Shown: piece after piece, positions 57,992-64,000 of the stretch | How the letters are laid out: every line of letters begins with the position of its first letter | Numbering within the stretch: position 1 is the first letter of the stretch | From: Flaccisagitta enflata | Lineage: Eukaryota | Length of the DNA: 64,000 nt | Direction of reading: 5' to 3' | Assembly: GCA_965153355.1 (NCBI GenBank) | Contig: OZ231126.1 | Coordinates: forward strand, 22,072,001-22,136,000 | Program-made: the position numbers and the translations under genes | The notes under the pieces: model-generated | What the model was told of the DNA's origin: nothing | Database searches by the model: none | What the model saw: the letters and a program-made list of their open reading frames with translations, nothing else

Positions 57992-58017
57992 TGTGTGTGT
58001 TAAAGAAAGAAACAGAA

Positions 58018-58073
<56 letters not shown>

Positions 58074-59845
58074 TGTCACACAGATAGATAAATTCAGAGA
58101 TAGATCGATATACGGACGAACAAACAGACTGATAGATAGACACTGAAACACAAGAAGAAAAAACCTTTTGACGATTGATTCCAGAAATTCACAAAACACA
58201 TTCATAAGAATTGGATCACCACCATTCATATGGATTGGATTACCCGAAGCCCAGGTGATCAATGCTCAGATTCTCTTCATAAGGGAAGTCGATGTATTTG
58301 AAATGAATCATTTCTTTTCTCTCCGTCACTCTCGCAGAATTTGATGATAGCGCCGTTTGTTTTCCTTTCGGATCGATCAATGACAGTCTCCTTATTTTCA
58401 AGAAAGTGGATTCCAAACCAATACTCATCTAAAAAACTCTTCTAGAATTTGAATACATAAAGCCGTTTTGGCGCTTAACTTGCCATGATGATCATGACTT
58501 CAGAAACTCCCGAAGCCAAGAGACCGCCTGGATTCCCACGAAAAGATTTCATCTGCTATGTTTGCCAATTAAAAGTAACTGGGAAAAAAGCTCTTGTCAC
58601 TCACATGAAAGAAATTCACAAAGAAGACAAATGTTTCAAATGCCGTTTTTGCGACTTTAAGACAGAATGGAATCATAGATTGAAAGACCACGAGCTGCGT
58701 TTGCACGAAGAAATTAAGCCAAGTTTTCCCTGCGATATGTGCAAATATGAAACCGTGAGCTTGTCTGCGCTCATCTGGCACAAGAAAATACATCTTAAGG
58801 AGAAATTCTCGTGTAAAGCACACCCCTCAACTGGAGCCGTGGGGACGCTTTTTAAAAAACTACTGTTTTTCCTTTGGATTTGCAAAGTATTGAGGTATAT
58901 GAAGCCAAAACCACTTGAAATCAAATATTCCGCAAGGAGAATTTTTCTTAATTTCCATTTGTTCTATGGGTGGGTGGTACAGGTCATTGTCAGCATTTTC
59001 TTTAAGACAAGCTTACTTCTAAAGCTTATATCTCCTGAACGAATCAACAAATTGACCTCAACTTAGGCTCATTACAAAGAGCAGACACAGCTCTTTAAAA
59101 TGAGCCCAAGTGCTGAGGTCAATCGTCATCTGTCTATATTCCGTTGATGGCATTACTCAAGAATATGTACTAAACTCTATTTCTAATCTGAATTGACGAA
59201 TTGACTAACTTGTGCCTGTTTTTAAAGATAGACACAGTTTCTAAATGAGCCTCTAGCTAGGTCTCCAGCTCAATCTGTTTCAGAGCAGTGCCTCCAGCAG
59301 TGATCACATTTTCTAACCCAGGCATAGAAAGTGTTTGTACTTGTATGTATGTTGTATATGTGTGTGTATTTGTGTGTGTGTGTGTATATGTGTGTGCATT
59401 TGTGTGTGCATTTTGTGTATGTGTGTGTGTGTGTGTGTGTGTGCATTTGTATGTGTGCATTTATGTGCTCATGTGTTTGTGTGCGTGTGTGTGTTTAAGT
59501 TTGTTTGTGTGTGTGTTGCGTGTCCGCAACTAAAAAGAGAATGAACCGAACAGAGCAGAGTTCTGAGTAGCGTGCGTCCTTTAATACCGCTTGTTAGATT
59601 AGGATTGAGATCAGTTTTGAATACAAAGCCTTTACTTGCACAGAGAGTGGGGTTTAGGGGATATATTGCGTCGTTGTAACCAGAATAATATTGGAGGAAA
59701 AGGTGCCACTTCCCAGGAATGAATACTGGGCAACAAGTGCTATGGAGGTGGAGTAATGAATGCAGCAGTGGTGGGTGTGAGGTTGGGTAATGTTGGGAGC
59801 AACGTTTGGAGAAATTGGTGGGGTAAGCAGAAACAGTAAAACACA

Positions 59846-60935
<1,090 letters not shown>

Positions 60936-60944
60936 ACCTCTCAG

Positions 60945-60995
<51 letters not shown>

Positions 60996-61109
60996 AACAT
61001 CACGAAATTTCAAGTTTGTTAGCAGGAAGAGAGCAAAATGGACTGTACGTCAGATTCCTTGCCTTTTTCACATCGTTTTATTCACAAAAACATAGACTCA
61101 CACACGGAT

Positions 61110-61188
<79 letters not shown>

Positions 61189-61285
61189 AACACACACATA
61201 CACAAACAAACACACACAAAAACACAAGCACAAGCACACAAACACACATGAGCACAAAAACACACATACAAATGCACACACACAC

Positions 61286-61324
<39 letters not shown>

Positions 61325-61360
61325 CACAAACACACACACACACACACATAAACACACACA

Positions 61361-61458
<98 letters not shown>

Positions 61459-61499
61459 AAATTTTCCTGGATTCTGAAAATGTGATCACCTTTGGAAGA

Positions 61500-61985
61500 G
61501 CGCTGCTCCTAAAAAAATTGAGCTGGAGACCTCAACTTGGGCTCATTTTAAAGAGCTGTGTCTACTCTTTAAAATGAGCCCAAGTTGAGGTCAATTCGTC
61601 AATTCGTTTAGGAGATAGCAGCTTAAGAAGTTACCCTCTTCTTATGGAGAAAGCTAATAATACCATCAACTTTGGAGGACTGTTGCTCCTAAACGAATCG
61701 ACGAATTGACCTCAACTTGGGCTCATTTTGAAGAGCAGCGTCTGCTCTTTAAAATGAGCCTAAGTTGAAGTCAATTCGTCAATTCGTTTAGGAAATAGCA
61801 GCTTTAGAATTTACCCTCTTCTTATAGAGAAGGCTGATTATACCATCAACTTTGGAAGGCTGTTGCTCCTAAACGAATTGACGAATTGACCTCAACTTGG
61901 GCTCATTTTAAAGAGCTGTGTCTGCTCTTTAAAATGAGCCTAAGTTGAGGTCAATTCGTCAATTCGTTTAGGAGATAGCAGCTTT
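61500..61985. repeat. 180-bp tandem units, each holding a palindrome of up to ~110 bp (transposon sub-terminal repeats)
   Basis: GAATTGACCTCAACTTGGGCTCATTTTAAAGAGC-loop-GCTCTTTAAAATGAGCCTAAGTTGAGGTCAATTC in three copies. One copy lies at the other end (~59050-59125). Confidence 0.85.
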
Positions 61986-62570
61986 AGAAGTTAATTTGTC
62001 TGATGGAAAATGCTGAAAATGACCTGTACCTCCCACCCACATATAAGAGGAAATTTAGAACAAGGCCGGATACACGGCAATCCAGTCGCGGACGGTTGGG
62101 CAGGAGCAGTAATGCGAAAAACGCTCGGAATTCAAAAATGTGACGGACCGACGGACGGACGGACGGACATACCGACCTACCGACCGACACGGTAAGGTGT
62201 AGAGTCGCGTGTCCGCGACTAAAAATTCTCCTTGCGGAATATTTAATTTCAAGTGGTTTTGGCTTCATATACCTCAACACTTTGCAAATCCAAAGGAAAA
62301 ACAGTAGTTTTTTAAAAAGCGTCCCCACGGCTCCAGTTGAGGGGTGTGAAAGATTGTCAATTCGAAGCCGATGCAATAATTGAATTGCGAAAGCACCGAA
62401 AGACACATGTAGAAAACAAAAAAATCTACAGTTGTGAACAATGTACTTATGAAACACAAAGTGAGTGCAACTTTCAACGACATACAGCATCTCACGTAAA
62501 GGCAAAGGACGAAAAAGCTATTCTTAATTGCAACGTTTGTGACTATAAGAATCACAGTCGGTCTCAACTA

Positions 62571-63346
62571 CAGTATGATTGTTCTGAACTGTAACATGAG
62601 ATGAGGGCATAGCGCAAAAACTAGAAGGGCTAGCAAAATTCTGAAAAAAGCTCTTGGAAAATATGAGTTTGCAGATTATTGCTGGAAAATTCCAAGGATT
62701 TTCTGGAAAAAATATGATCCTCCTGTTCCTTTTTAACTTGAGATCAAAATATGCAAAGTGAAAAAAAATGAAAAAATTGAAGAGATGATGACTGAACTGT
62801 TTTTCTTTAAATTGCTCTCATTCTTCGACTGATTGAGCTACAGATTCCAGATTGGTCTCAAATGAAAGATTTTTTAAAGTAGTTTTTGAGGAAAGCTCAA
62901 GAGCTTTGCTTAATTTGAGTCTTGATTGTATTTTGTGAACTGAAAGTCAATTCTGCATAAAATTTCTCCTGAAAAGACAATATCATTTATACTTTGCATG
63001 TTAACTCTTTAAAAATGCCTTTTTCTTATTTTTCCTCCTAAAACTGCATCAAAATATCTTTCATTTGAGACCAATCTGGGATCAGTAGCTCTAACCGTTT
63101 AGAAATGAGAGCAATATAAAGGACGGCAGTTCATTTTAGTCATAACAAAATCATCCTTTTTTGCAGAAATTACCCTCCAGTGCATGATGTGTTAATTGGA
63201 TCAAATTTTACAAAAAAATCCTTGGAGTTTTCATACAAAAATCTGCAAACTCATATCTTCCAAGGACTATTTTCAGAATTTGGCTAGCCCTTTTAGTTTT
63301 TGCGTTATGTCCTCATCTTATGTTACAGTTCAGAACAATCATACTG
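62571..63346. mobile_element. 776-bp Tc1/mariner-type MITE
   Basis: TA|CAGTATGATTGTTCTGAACTGTAACAT … ATGTTACAGTTCAGAACAATCATACTG|TA. Confidence 0.92.
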
Positions 63347-64000
63347 TAGAACAACACATGACGCGGCATAACAAAGAAAAACATTTAAAATGCGCGCTGT
63401 GTGAATATCGAACTTCTGTGAAAGAGGATCTACGGCATGACGAAAAGAAACATGGGATTCCCGATAAATTTTGCACAATGTGTTCATTTGTCACAAAAAC
63501 CGTGAAAATATTGAATAAACACATGAAGTCACATGGGGAACCATCTTACTCCTGTTCATACTGTGACAAGAAACTAAGTCGTCCCTCGCAAGTTCAGATC
63601 CATGAACGCATTCATACGGGGGAAAAACCGTATTTGTGCTACTTCTGTGACAAAAGCTTCCGCCAAAAGGTTGATCGTGATATGCACGAGAGAGCATTTC
63701 ATTTACGCGAAAAGCCATACCATTGCCCCTTATGTGATTTCAAAGCAGTCCGAAAAATGGTTCTAAATATTCATCTAAAAGCGCATAATACTGTGAAAAC
63801 ATTCAACTGTGCTTTCTGCAATAAGTCATTTGCTACTGAGGGCGACAAGAAGCATCACGAAAAGATCCATAAAGAGAAGAAATTCAGATGTAAAATTTGT
63901 GATTTTGAAACGAGTCAACATACATATCTTACTAATCATGAAAAGCGACACGCACCTTCAGATGACGATTATCTGCATTGTGACCTTTGCGACTTCAAAA

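Noticed and set aside
62571..63349. MITE acting as a precisely spliced introner (CA|GTATGA … TGTAG)
   Set aside because: That GT-AG pair removes 777 of the 778 inserted bases and frameshifts the ORF. Nearby AGs at 63328 and 63333 also fail.

Overview
Repeat-dense animal (bilaterian invertebrate) genomic DNA, not prokaryotic. Most ORFs in the supplied track are translations of microsatellites and minisatellites. Four loci have real coding content. (1) The terminal homeobox exon of a divergent posterior-class (Abd-B/Hox9-13/Post-like) Hox gene on the minus strand (39522-40375), with no other homeobox seen in the window. (2) Two spliced exons of a small Lys-rich SUEL/Gal-lectin-like protein (19687-20233). 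(3) An intronless poly-C2H2 zinc-finger ORF (58485 to the window end), split by two DNA transposons whose exact removal restores the frame. (4) Inside the first of those transposons, a decayed Chapaev-type (RAG1-core/Transib-related) transposase interrupted in frame by a GT-AG segment built almost entirely of microsatellite. Non-coding structure includes a degenerate ~450-bp tandem array with an invariant octamer motif (8.0-13.9 kb), many Helentron/DINE-1-like (HINE) elements carrying internal satellites, nested hAT and Tc1/mariner MITEs with readable TSDs, a 1.85-kb palindromic hAT-type element, and a 574-bp inverted duplication. All family assignments come from motif recognition by eye; no database search was run.
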